Virus record (IMG/VR): IMGVR_UViG_3300041411_000129
Location: 189,922 to 253,921 of that record
DNA length: 64,000 bases
Direction: 5' to 3' (one strand)
Below the pieces are notes generated by a model. It saw nothing but the letters and a program-made list of their open reading frames with translations. It was not told the origin of the DNA and did no database searches. The position numbers were made by a program, and so were the translations under genes. Of the stretch, positions 1 through 8,866 are shown piece after piece; positions within the stretch are counted from its first letter, which is position 1, and each line of letters opens with the position of its first letter.

Positions 1-981
1 ACTAAACCAGCAGCGAAGAAGCCTGGACCTAAACCCGGCGCTAAAGCCGCGGCTGCTAAAGCGGCTGTCAAGCCGGTTGTCGAGAAAGCAACCCGTAACA
101 TCGGTGAAGCGGAGGTTGGTCTGAAAACTAGCCTCGATGATCTGCCGAAAGGTTTGACCGACATCCTGCCGGATGCGATGTTGGAAATCCTCGATACCAC
201 CAAGGGCGATGCCAAGGTCGTCAACTTCGGTGTAGGCACTCTGCCGAATGATCTCGGCTTCGTCCGCGTTTACGCTGAAGATAAACTGGTGACGATTACC
301 GATCCAGAACATCTACCGCGTGGTTGGGTCACTCTGGAATCGAACAAGACCCTCGGGTCGAAAGTGTTCTACATCCACACGACGAAACTGCCAGGTCACC
401 CGCAAGAAGGCGAATACACCACTGCCCTGCGCAATGCGTACGACGTGGCGATCAGCGAAGCTCTGCGCGATGCTGGCTACAGTGATTTCATCCCAGCCGC
501 TGTTGCAACTATCGGCGTGGTTGAAGAGTTCAATCCAATGCTGGTAAATATGGAATCTATCCATAGTCGTCTGCGCCGCCAGCGTCGTCCTGATCAGCAG
601 TACCTCACCCGCCCTATCGGCGAACACTACAACCGCAACACCATGTCGGTATTGACCCGCAATGGTGAAACCGACTACATGTTCGTTCTCGATAACCTGA
701 TGGAAGTCAACACTTCCCGCGCCGCAGTCAATCAGGCAATCGAACGGGGTCATCAACTGGTGATCGTAACTATCGGCGAGCGTAGCTTCACTGCCGCTGT
801 GACTTTGGAAAGCTATCCAATCTCACTCAACACGTTGAACCAAACACTGCTGCTCGAATACCTCAACGATGCGGTACGTGCATTGTTGGTAACGGCATGG
901 TTTGACAAGATGATCACCGATGTGGTTGTCACCGAGTTCAATACCAAGTTCGCCTACGTCACAACCGCACCAGCCGCTTAA
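1..981 (+). CDS. hypothetical protein, 5'-truncated by window (Lys/Ala/Pro-rich linker then globular domain)
   Basis: Frame open from base 1 (TKPAAKKPGPKPGAKAAAAK...) into the 154..981 ORF; hairpin 990-1016 follows. Confidence 0.75.
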   Translation, partial: TKPAAKKPGPKPGAKAAAAKAAVKPVVEKATRNIGEAEVGLKTSLDDLPKGLTDILPDAMLEILDTTKGDAKVVNFGVGTLPNDLGFVRVYAEDKLVTITDPEHLPRGWVTLESNKTLGSKVFYIHTTKLPGHPQEGEYTTALRNAYDVAISEALRDAGYSDFIPAAVATIGVVEEFNPMLVNMESIHSRLRRQRRPDQQYLTRPIGEHYNRNTMSVLTRNGETDYMFVLDNLMEVNTSRAAVNQAIERGHQLVIVTIGERSFTAAVTLESYPISLNTLNQTLLLEYLNDAVRALLVTAWFDKMITDVVVTEFNTKFAYVTTAPAA

Positions 982-1072
982 CCGGTATACCCCACGCCAG
1001 CAGTTAGGGCGTGGGGCTACATCTACATTTTAATTTTTGTTTGTAGTAACTTTTATTAAGGGGAACTTAACA

Positions 1073-1873
1073 ATGACTCAGGCTCCACGTCATAGACCGC
1101 AGTACATCTTCAGAGTCGTCCACAAGGCCAGTGGGTACTATTTCATGCAGATTGGTTCCATCCAGTCAGTCAACATGGACTCTATCGTCAAGCGTGTGCA
1201 TGACGCGGCTGCGTTGGGACCTAAACGTACTATCGTCAATTACCCGTTGAAAGACTTCGGTGATCGCTGGGCTCCACTGAGTGTAGGGGACTGGGAAGTC
1301 TTCGGTGGGGATATCGCTTATCAGAACTTCGATTCCGCTCTGGAAGCTGCGCGACTTTACGTGACTGAATCTGATACAGGTAAGTTCCTGCTGAGCAGCA
1401 ACGTTTTCGAACGCCACGAATGGCCAGCTTACAAACCTGCTAAAGAACGAGTAGTCAGTCGTCATGCTGCTCAGGCTATCGCGCATACGGCGTCCACTCC
1501 ACTGGCTGCCCTGACGTGGTTTGGCGATATCAAACGTTCTTACATTGAAAGTGGGATCGTGACTTGTACGAAAGGTGTGGATGGCAGCCTGGTAGTCTGG
1601 ACGATGGGTACATCGCTTACAATGCTAACCCCTGACATCGAAGAGCAGTCCAAGAAATGTGCGGCTGCTGGAAAGATCGTGATGATTTCGGTATATCTCG
1701 ATCTGGTGTTCAAGGATACTAGGCGTTTCCATTCAGGTAACGTGATAAAGCCAGTGAAGTTTGCACACTTTGCTCCATCGATTACGATGGCTATGGCTGA
1801 GTTACGCGATCTGGTCAGAGATATCCAACTGACACATACTGGCGACACTGATTATCCAGAATACAAGCATTAA
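1073..1873 (+). CDS. hypothetical protein
   Basis: ATG 1073 after AAGGGGA SD; long ORF. Confidence 0.75.
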   Translation: MTQAPRHRPQYIFRVVHKASGYYFMQIGSIQSVNMDSIVKRVHDAAALGPKRTIVNYPLKDFGDRWAPLSVGDWEVFGGDIAYQNFDSALEAARLYVTESDTGKFLLSSNVFERHEWPAYKPAKERVVSRHAAQAIAHTASTPLAALTWFGDIKRSYIESGIVTCTKGVDGSLVVWTMGTSLTMLTPDIEEQSKKCAAAGKIVMISVYLDLVFKDTRRFHSGNVIKPVKFAHFAPSITMAMAELRDLVRDIQLTHTGDTDYPEYKH

Positions 1874-1884
1874 GGTTAAGCGTC

Positions 1885-2166
1885 ATGGTGAGTAGTTCAC
1901 TGTTGTTGTTCCGCGCACGTCACTACATGAAGATGCATGGCTTTCACGCTACATCGGTTGACCTCCATTCTACCATCGCCAGTAATGGCAGAAGGCAGCG
2001 GGAGGTCAGTCTGTATACTTCGGAGTTCAGACACTTGGCTTCGGAGAACTTCCAGCTGCGTAATTACGCAGAGGCACTGGATGGGTTGGTGAAACTTGGC
2101 TACACAATCAAACCCTGCCTAGAGCGGGGATTAATAGCAATAAACGCACAGGGGATAGTACAATGA
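1885..2166 (+). CDS. hypothetical protein
   Basis: 93-aa ORF coupled to next gene (ATGA overlap). Confidence 0.6.
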   Translation: MVSSSLLLFRARHYMKMHGFHATSVDLHSTIASNGRRQREVSLYTSEFRHLASENFQLRNYAEALDGLVKLGYTIKPCLERGLIAINAQGIVQ

Positions 2167-2609
2167 GTAAGGTAAGTTTTCTTCCTCAGCAAGTCGCATC
2201 TGGAATGTCTGTTCCGGTAAACATGATCTCACTCAATAGTCCGAACGACTTCACTCGTTTCGCTGTTGAGCATAAGCGTCTGCTGACGCTGAGCTTCTAT
2301 CCGAACGACTATCAGGACATGGGTGATAAAGGCCCGACTGAGGAAACCGCCAAAGCAATCGTCGACTTCATCGACAGCTGTAATGGCGAAGACATCGTGG
2401 TTCACTGTGGTGAAGGTCGTATCCGCTCTGCGGCTGTGGCTGAGTTCATCCAGCGTGATTTCGATTACGACATCGACTACGATGCTCCTGGTTCTCTCGG
2501 CAGCACTGGCGGAATGTCCAAGCATCTGTATCGATTGCTGCGCCGTTACTACGATCCTATCAAGAAGGAACGTAAAGCTGCTGAACTGGCAAAGGAAGCT
2601 GTGGAATGA
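2163..2609 (+). CDS. protein-tyrosine/dual-specificity phosphatase-like protein
   Basis: VVHCGEGRIRS = HCX5R catalytic loop. Confidence 0.8.
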   Translation: MSKVSFLPQQVASGMSVPVNMISLNSPNDFTRFAVEHKRLLTLSFYPNDYQDMGDKGPTEETAKAIVDFIDSCNGEDIVVHCGEGRIRSAAVAEFIQRDFDYDIDYDAPGSLGSTGGMSKHLYRLLRRYYDPIKKERKAAELAKEAVE

Positions 2610-2830
2610 TCATGTACTGGGCTACAGCTGCCATCATGGGCGTTCTCTCGGCGCTCATCTACTGGATTCTACATTGGCACTTCCATCGCGATAAGCTGGG
2701 TAACTGGCGCACGTACATGGGGTTCAAGGGTTGGCTGCGTTGGGGCTGGAGAGCTCGCTGGAACATGGTGGTTCTGTTCCTCGCCATCATGGTGATGAAC
2801 TGGGTAACGATGCCGAAAGATTTGATCTGA
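2606..2830 (+). CDS. small membrane protein
   Basis: Two hydrophobic segments; ATGA overlap. Confidence 0.65.
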   Translation: MIMYWATAAIMGVLSALIYWILHWHFHRDKLGNWRTYMGFKGWLRWGWRARWNMVVLFLAIMVMNWVTMPKDLI

Positions 2831-2840
2831 CGGCATAAAT

Positions 2841-2871
2841 AGCGGGGGAGTAATCCCTCGCTTTATTTTTT
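2841..2871 (+). terminator. intrinsic terminator
   Basis: AGCGGGGGA-GTAA-TCCCTCGCT followed by T run. Confidence 0.75.
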
Positions 2872-2898
2872 GTTAGTGTGGTTATCGCAGTAAACTTT

Positions 2899-2916
2899 AT
2901 TACAGTCACACATAGT
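2899..2916 (+). promoter_or_regulatory. phage early-promoter-like motif (ATTACAGTCACACATAGT)
   Basis: Identical 18-mer at 43683-43700; variants upstream of many gene blocks, usually right after a terminator. Confidence 0.65.
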
Positions 2917-2942
2917 TAGGATACACAAACACTATCATCAAC

Positions 2943-2955
2943 GACCGTGGAGGTC
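2943..2955 (+). promoter_or_regulatory. Shine-Dalgarno hairpin GACC-GTGGA-GGTC (family of >=9 copies)
   Basis: 4-bp covarying stem with GWGGA loop, 4 nt before ATG 2960. Confidence 0.65.
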
Positions 2956-2959
2956 TGTA

Positions 2960-3340
2960 ATGAGCATTGAATCTGCATTCAAAATTGGCCTCGGTGTAAT
3001 CGGCCTTGGCATCGCTGCCGTAGGTTGTTATAAATCGTACCAATCGTATCAGGAACAAAAGGATAAAACTGATCGCTCGATCCGTGAGTCCGAAGAGAAG
3101 ATCAAAGCCGCGCAAGCTAAAACTGAACGTGCTCGTAAAGACGCTCAAGAAAGCATGCGTAAAACAGATGCATGGCGTAAGGCTGATCAAGCACGTCACG
3201 AAGAAGTGATGGCTGGCTATCGCAAAGACCAAGAAGAACTGGATCGCTACAATGCGTACTATAGCGAACTGCTTGCCGATCTGGAAGCTGGTCGCATTAC
3301 TCCAGATGAACTCGTTAAGAAAATCAAAGCTTATAAATAA
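2960..3340 (+). CDS. membrane-anchored coiled-coil protein
   Basis: N-terminal TM segment, charged helical C-terminus, strong SD. Confidence 0.75.
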   Translation: MSIESAFKIGLGVIGLGIAAVGCYKSYQSYQEQKDKTDRSIRESEEKIKAAQAKTERARKDAQESMRKTDAWRKADQARHEEVMAGYRKDQEELDRYNAYYSELLADLEAGRITPDELVKKIKAYK

Positions 3341-3367
3341 TAATCGCCCGAGGAGGGCATTGCGTCC

Positions 3368-4051
3368 GTGAAAAAGAACGAACTGAAGAAACTATATAAC
3401 GATTACTTGGTGCGTGAGCATTTGCAAGCACAAGATGCCGTTGTGGGTTTTGGTGGGGCTTTGGTAATGATGGGTCTTCGTAAGGAGACCAGTGACATGG
3501 ACCTGGATGTATCGCCGTACTTCTTCGAGATCAATCGTCGTCGGGGTTATCCGATGCACGATGCTCTCGTTGGTAAATGTATCGACGTTAATGATCGGAT
3601 CTCGCTTCATGCTGGGTTGCCGATGAAGACAGTGGAGATCGAAGGGGTGTGGTGTTACGCTCCTGAGATCCTACTGATGCAGAAGCGTCGTATGCTTCGG
3701 TACAAAGGTCGTAAGCCTGAGAAGATTCCTCAGGACCTGCTGGACATCGAAGCTCTGGAGAAATATCTGAAGATCGATCTTCCAGTAGGTGGGCGTCCTT
3801 ATCCGGGTAGCACTAACGATCTGCTGATGGGGATGGAGTTGACTCCTGAAGAAGAACTCTTCTACGAGCGCCTGCTTCGCCATCACTGGGCATTCCGGAC
3901 TGGTCCGAAGTATCAGCACGACTTGAAGGTTGACCGGTTGCTTTCGGTTGATGCGGCAAAGATGAAGGGTAACTACCTCATCCTGCTGAATCGCTATCGC
4001 TACCGTCATCGCAAAGAACAAGCAAAGCTACAGCTGCAACAATCCGCTTGA
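3368..4051 (+). CDS. nucleotidyltransferase-fold protein
   Basis: VVGFGGALVMMGLRKETSDMDLDV matches the GG-x9-13-DxD Pol-beta NTase signature. Confidence 0.55.
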   Translation: MKKNELKKLYNDYLVREHLQAQDAVVGFGGALVMMGLRKETSDMDLDVSPYFFEINRRRGYPMHDALVGKCIDVNDRISLHAGLPMKTVEIEGVWCYAPEILLMQKRRMLRYKGRKPEKIPQDLLDIEALEKYLKIDLPVGGRPYPGSTNDLLMGMELTPEEELFYERLLRHHWAFRTGPKYQHDLKVDRLLSVDAAKMKGNYLILLNRYRYRHRKEQAKLQLQQSA

Positions 4052-4116
4052 GTTATTGGGGAGCTTCGGCTCCCCTTTGACTTACCTTTTATTTTGTCCA
4101 AAGAAGAAGCCAACGT

Positions 4117-4668
4117 ATGTCTAAGAAAGCAAAGATTGCCATGATTCTGGCCTCCACGATCAATGGTGAGATCGGCTACAAGAACACCATCCCGTGGAAG
4201 CTCAAAGGCGATCTGCCGCGCTTCAAGGATCTAACCAACGGTAACGTCCTGATCATGGGTCGTAGTAGTTACGAATCGCTTCCAGGTCCTCTTAAGGGCA
4301 GGATCGTTATCGTCCTCACTCGTGATCCAGCCTTCGCATCTGAAGTACACGATCCAGAGAACAACGTCTACAGCGCCAGCAGCCTCCCTGAGGCTATCGA
4401 GAACGCACGTACGTTCAAGACCCAGGTCATCTTCCTTGCAGGTGGCGCTTCGATCTACGAAGAAGGCATGGGCATCGCAGACGTTGTTTATCTGACGCTT
4501 GTCCACAAGCACGCTCCAAAGTACGACACTCGCGTTAAGAACATGCGCTTCCCTGACGACGCGTGGACACAGATCGACTACAGACATGTATTCGAACCGG
4601 ACGCAGAGTTCCCTGAATTCAGCAACCCTTCCCACACCTACCACACTTTCGAACGTATCGAGAAATAA
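4117..4668 (+). CDS. folA: dihydrofolate reductase
   Basis: IGYKNTIPWKLKGDLPRFKDLT, LIMGRSSYESLPGPLKGR, AGGASIY motifs. Confidence 0.95.
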   Translation: MSKKAKIAMILASTINGEIGYKNTIPWKLKGDLPRFKDLTNGNVLIMGRSSYESLPGPLKGRIVIVLTRDPAFASEVHDPENNVYSASSLPEAIENARTFKTQVIFLAGGASIYEEGMGIADVVYLTLVHKHAPKYDTRVKNMRFPDDAWTQIDYRHVFEPDAEFPEFSNPSHTYHTFERIEK

Positions 4669-4677
4669 GGATATCCC

Positions 4678-5592
4678 ATGCTCAGCATTCCTAGTTACCT
4701 GATTGACACCTGCTTTGCCTTTACTGATAAAGGCTGGTATCCACTCCACATGCTGGCAATGGAAACCAGCCCTAACCGCATCAACGTGATCGTTACAGTT
4801 GCTAACGTCAAGATGATGCCTCATCACTTCCCGTTCGATGTGATGAAGTCACAAGAGCTGAAGAAGCGCACTCTGTGGGAGCGCGTTAAGCAGTTCTTCC
4901 TGAAGTTGATCGGTAAGACTGATATCGAATCCCGTCCAGTCGATCCGGCCAAACCTGAGTTCACTGTCGAGTTCATGCCGCTCGAAGATCTGCTGGACGA
5001 TCTGGCCAACAGTAAGGCTCGCGCCGTTGAGATCGCCAGCTACGCCGACGTCTCCAGCCAACTCTGGATGGGTAGTCCGTTTGAAGACGATCCTCGGTTT
5101 GCTCAGATGTACGAAGGCTTCCACAATCAACTGATGGCGGCAGCTGCTTTGGGCGTCAACTGGGTCGTGGTTGAAAGCGAGTACATCAACCAAGCATTCT
5201 ACCATCGCGACAACTTCCGTAAGCATGTCGAGGCTGTGGTTCGTTCCCGCTACGCCTTCTTCTGCAAGTCGGTCTGCTTTGACCTGAACCATGCGATCAG
5301 TTACCTGCCAGCAAACATGCAGGAACACGCTCGACTGGTATTGGGGTACGAGCCAATCTCTCCAGCGGCTGAAGCTGGTCTGCTGGCGTATTGCAGTCGT
5401 GTGACTGAGAACGGTCCGAAGGATCAACACATCCACACTGAGGGCGTCACTGAGTCGTTCTGGAAGATGCTGAAAGAATATCAGGAACTCCTGAAGCCTG
5501 AAGTTACTACAGCGAAAACAATCGTCCAGAACCATTCCGGTAAGGGCGACAATATCGTAAAGCTCGATAATACGTACAAGGTCAGGAAGTAA
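4678..5592 (+). CDS. hypothetical protein
   Basis: 304-aa ORF with TAAGGA SD. Confidence 0.75.
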   Translation: MLSIPSYLIDTCFAFTDKGWYPLHMLAMETSPNRINVIVTVANVKMMPHHFPFDVMKSQELKKRTLWERVKQFFLKLIGKTDIESRPVDPAKPEFTVEFMPLEDLLDDLANSKARAVEIASYADVSSQLWMGSPFEDDPRFAQMYEGFHNQLMAAAALGVNWVVVESEYINQAFYHRDNFRKHVEAVVRSRYAFFCKSVCFDLNHAISYLPANMQEHARLVLGYEPISPAAEAGLLAYCSRVTENGPKDQHIHTEGVTESFWKMLKEYQELLKPEVTTAKTIVQNHSGKGDNIVKLDNTYKVRK

Positions 5593-5704
5593 CTATCGGC
5601 ATACAGAGGCGGGAATTCCCGCCTCTTATGTCATGCGCTATAAATAAATTCAGTAACACATTACACACTTGAATCCACAACGACATTAGGAGTCTTCAGC
5701 AATA

Positions 5705-5812
5705 ATGGATAAGCTACAAAGCTTTGCAAAGGTTGCAGTTACTGTAATAAGCTTGGCCGTCGCATTAGTGGTGGTTAAGGTTGTAATTGAAATAGCCCGC
5801 CGCGGCGTTTAA
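5705..5812 (+). CDS. 35-aa hydrophobic peptide (not in ORF track)
   Basis: MDKLQSFAKVAVTVISLAVALVVVKVVIEIARRGV after early-type promoter (5647-5675) and AGGAG. Confidence 0.5.
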   Translation: MDKLQSFAKVAVTVISLAVALVVVKVVIEIARRGV

Positions 5813-5834
5813 TATCGCAGATAGGAGTTACCAC

Positions 5835-6383
5835 ATGCTAAGCAAATCCCTTTACAACGAGGCTTGGGAACGAGTCTGTCGTGAGCAAGTTGATTTAGTT
5901 CCAACCGCTTTCTGTAATTACAAAGTCAGTATTGACGATGCGATGACCATCGCCAAAGCTACCACCCATGCCGACGGCAAGCAGTTCATTGGTCGACGCT
6001 TGGCTGGCGAGTGGGAAGAAGGCCGCTACATCCTGTTCCAAGGTAAGTACGGCACCATCGTGGTCTGCTGGAAGACTACCGATGACACTGGAGTCTGGTT
6101 GGTCAAGTCTCCGGAATACGAATTCGCCGGGTATGCTGACTATAATCAGCACGTCCGTGAACTTGAAGCTATGATCGTCGAAGCTGTTGCATTCGGGTTC
6201 AAGCTTGAAGGGGTAACGTTCTGGTACGACAGCACTTACCGCAAGATCACCAAACGGGAAACTCCGAGCAACTTCGATTCGCTGCGCGTTATGCAGCGGT
6301 TGATGGCTACGATCAAACCCGGCCTTGATGTACTCAAACGTCTACACACACCTTTCGCTGAATCAGTAGGAGAAGCTGCATGA
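5835..6383 (+). CDS. hypothetical protein
   Basis: AGGAG SD; 182 aa. Confidence 0.75.
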   Translation: MLSKSLYNEAWERVCREQVDLVPTAFCNYKVSIDDAMTIAKATTHADGKQFIGRRLAGEWEEGRYILFQGKYGTIVVCWKTTDDTGVWLVKSPEYEFAGYADYNQHVRELEAMIVEAVAFGFKLEGVTFWYDSTYRKITKRETPSNFDSLRVMQRLMATIKPGLDVLKRLHTPFAESVGEAA

Positions 6384-6751
6384 GCATCGTAGAACAAAAC
6401 CAACAAGCACTAGGCGTCCTGAAGAAGTTGATGGCCGAGAACCCAACGCCAACTCACCAGTACAAACCGGTAATCGAAGGCGCGATCTACGAAACCACCA
6501 AGAACCGTATCACCACCAAGGTATACGTGGACCGGGTGAAGAAGGATCAGGTTATCCTCAAGCGCGATAAAGACGCCAAGGACAGCTCGACCATCTCTCG
6601 TGCCAAGTTCCAGGCGTTCTACCATCTGGATCAGTTGCCAGAAGGTTGGGTGCCGTCGGCCGATATCTGCGCTGCGATGGAAGGCATCATGAAGTTCGCC
6701 ACCACTCTGGCGGAAATCAAGAAGCGCGTGTCGGAGTCGTCTAATGTCTAA
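6380..6751 (+). CDS. hypothetical protein
   Basis: AGGAG SD, ATGA overlap. Confidence 0.75.
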   Translation: MSIVEQNQQALGVLKKLMAENPTPTHQYKPVIEGAIYETTKNRITTKVYVDRVKKDQVILKRDKDAKDSSTISRAKFQAFYHLDQLPEGWVPSADICAAMEGIMKFATTLAEIKKRVSESSNV

Positions 6752-7247
6752 GCTTATCACCAGCCCTCTTACCACCGGCGTGGATGATCTGGTACTGCCG
6801 TGGGAGACAGCAGTACCGTTATTCCGGATGCATCTGGCTAGCCTAATGCTCAAGCGTGGGATGAGTGTGGTTGAGCTTACTGAGAAGCTCAGTGACTTTA
6901 AAGACACCACCCTCCTTGAGGAGCTCTTTAAAGAACTGTTCGCCGATGACGCGCCTAAAATAGCAATCTCTATTGCAGATAGGCGTTACGAAGCGACTAT
7001 GTCGTTGAGCATAGCCTGTAACGAAGGTGTCATCCTCAACACAGACCTCACGCCGCGGACTCCAGTCGTTAACGTGGCTGAGCTTACGATCGATGAAGTT
7101 GTGGTCGCTATCGCCGAAGCTTATCCAGATTACACTGTTTGGTGTGACGGAGATGAGCGCGTCTATGTCGACGAAGGTGATGATGACCCGAACCTAATGA
7201 GCGTTAAAGACGCTTATCAGAAATACATCGTCGAAACCGGTAAGTAA
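6744..7247 (+). CDS. hypothetical protein
   Basis: GGAG SD; followed by TTCG hairpin terminator. Confidence 0.7.
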   Translation: MSKLITSPLTTGVDDLVLPWETAVPLFRMHLASLMLKRGMSVVELTEKLSDFKDTTLLEELFKELFADDAPKIAISIADRRYEATMSLSIACNEGVILNTDLTPRTPVVNVAELTIDEVVVAIAEAYPDYTVWCDGDERVYVDEGDDDPNLMSVKDAYQKYIVETGK

Positions 7248-7310
7248 TAGCGGGGGAACTTCGGTTCCCCTGTTACTAATTCTTTCTTCTTTTTTGTTGA
7301 GGTAGTTTTT

Positions 7311-7769
7311 ATGGAATTCGACTATAAGCCGGGTAAGTACACGATCACCAAATGCGTCGCTTCTCACTGCGACACCATTGTGTTCGTCGATCTCGATAAC
7401 GGCCAGACATTGTCACTCGGCGGTAAGGGTGTTGTGCCGGTTGTTGGTGACTACGTCATGTGTCATCAACTCCCCGATGGGTTGAAGATGCACATCGAGC
7501 CACCGGCTGAGCCACACCTCCGTGTAAAGGACATGCTCGAGGAATGGAACCTAATAGGTGTCCAACGATTACGCCGGCTCAGTTACGAGCTGGATGGCTT
7601 CAATCATTTAGATGACTTGGAGCAGGTGAAGATCTTCACGGGCTTACAAAATGCAACAGCCGTAGGTATGTTCATCGAACAATGCAAGTTCAAGAACGCC
7701 TACAAGCACGAGAGGAAATTCACTCGGGCAATCAGAGAAGTTGCTCGCGATCTTCACCTACTAGACTAA
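7311..7769 (+). CDS. hypothetical protein
   Basis: GAGGT SD; 152 aa. Confidence 0.7.
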   Translation: MEFDYKPGKYTITKCVASHCDTIVFVDLDNGQTLSLGGKGVVPVVGDYVMCHQLPDGLKMHIEPPAEPHLRVKDMLEEWNLIGVQRLRRLSYELDGFNHLDDLEQVKIFTGLQNATAVGMFIEQCKFKNAYKHERKFTRAIREVARDLHLLD

Positions 7770-7770
7770 C

Positions 7771-7805
7771 ATCCGTAAAAAGTTACGGAAGTAGTAAATA
7801 AGATG
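7771..7805 (+). promoter_or_regulatory. middle/late-type promoter (ATCCGTAAAAAGTTAC-N15-GATG) for the RNA cluster
   Basis: Same CGTAA-nnnn-TTAC-N15-16-TATG pattern at 34771, 56635, 59074; resembles phiKZ AAanntTAC and TATG motifs. Confidence 0.55.
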
Positions 7806-7878
7806 TTCGAACAGCGCCGCGCGTAGCCGCCTCTTCGTAGTGCAGCCGCCCATTGGGCATTTCGCGGCCTGTTCGAAC
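7805..7878 (+). ncRNA. stem-closed structured RNA leading the tRNA cluster
   Basis: GTTCGAACAG/CTGTTCGAAC and GCCGCG/CGCGGC stems; internal GCCC-ATT-GGGC hairpin. Confidence 0.5.
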
Positions 7879-7883
7879 TCTGT

Positions 7884-7960
7884 TCCGCGATAGCTCAGTT
7901 TGGTAGAGCAAACGGCTGTTAACCGTTGGGTCCCTGGTTCGAGTCCAGGTCGTGGAGCCA
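7884..7960 (+). tRNA. trnN: tRNA-Asn (GTT)
   Basis: Full cloverleaf TCCGCGA/TCGTGGA, AACGG-CTGTTAA-CCGTT, TTCGAGT T-loop, encoded CCA. Confidence 0.95.
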
Positions 7961-7975
7961 ATTTCTTGTTGTAAT

Positions 7976-8053
7976 GGTGGGCTTAGCTCAGTTGGTTAGA
8001 GCAGCGGCGGGCTTTGCTGTGTGTCCTAGGTTCGAATCCTAGAGTCCACCCCA
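7976..8053 (+). ncRNA. tRNA-His-like body (G-1:C73) with non-canonical anticodon loop GGGCTTT
   Basis: GGTGGGCT/AGTCCACC-CCA acceptor, normal D and T arms; loop lacks U33 and purine 37. Confidence 0.75.
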
Positions 8054-8060
8054 TATTCTC

Positions 8061-8151
8061 GAGACTGTAGCACAGTGTTAGTGCGATCAGCAGGCGTGGT
8101 AATTCTCGTCGGCTGGAATGCGTGGGTTCGATTCCCAACGGTCTCACCCCA
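8061..8151 (+). ncRNA. tRNA-like RNA with elongated anticodon arm
   Basis: GAGACTG/CGGTCTC acceptor, GCAC/GTGC D stem, TGGG-TTCGATT-CCCA T arm; anticodon arm TCAGC-A-GGCG-(10 nt)-CGTC-G-GCTGG. Confidence 0.7.
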
Positions 8152-8185
8152 TTTCTTTGCAGGGATGCGTAATCGAGTATTAAGC

Positions 8186-8860
8186 ATGTCTGTTGATATC
8201 AGTAACTATCTGATCGCTACACCACTTCCAGTATCTGAAACCAATCCAGTCGCCTTAGAGCTGCTTGGATCTCTGGCATTGATTCAATGTCCTGAGGTTG
8301 TTTCTCAGCTGGAAGATGGGTCTGTTCAATTCACCGCACCTACTAAAGGTGCGTCCAGTAAGAGTACTCACCGTACTCGCACTGAATGGAAAGAACCTGA
8401 GTACTGGGCGTTGTCTAGTGCAGCTAAGCACTGGAGTCGCCAGACGATGACTGTTACTAAAGTCAACTCTGCTCAGAAGGTGGTGGTTGCACAGATTCAC
8501 GTCAAGGATGCTACAACGCCTCCTTTGAAAGTGTTCTGGAACAAAGGTAAGTTGACGATGGGTTTCCGCGGTAGTTTCGCCGATCCTACAATCGTTAACT
8601 ATACCCTCCATACCGACGTACCCTTGGGCGTTCCGTTCAAGATCAGTATCGGTGTGACAGCCAGCGGTTCGGTGTCTGTCAACGCATCATGTCAAGGGGT
8701 TCCTTCCCTAAAGAACGCGTTGAAGTTGAGCAGCACTTGGTTTGACCGCGTACTTCAGTTCCATGGCGGCGTCTACAACCAAGTCGACTACACCGATCTT
8801 ACCTCTGACGAGGATGGTTCGATCTGCATTATCAGTGAGTTGTCTACAACTCACGAATGA
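8186..8860 (+). CDS. polysaccharide lyase family 7 (alginate lyase 2-like)
   Basis: PL7 motifs RTEWKE, AQIH, FHGGVYNQ; ATG 8186 (ORF-track extension overlaps the tRNA-like RNA). Confidence 0.8.
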   Translation: MSVDISNYLIATPLPVSETNPVALELLGSLALIQCPEVVSQLEDGSVQFTAPTKGASSKSTHRTRTEWKEPEYWALSSAAKHWSRQTMTVTKVNSAQKVVVAQIHVKDATTPPLKVFWNKGKLTMGFRGSFADPTIVNYTLHTDVPLGVPFKISIGVTASGSVSVNASCQGVPSLKNALKLSSTWFDRVLQFHGGVYNQVDYTDLTSDEDGSICIISELSTTHE

Positions 8861-8866
8861 TTCAAT

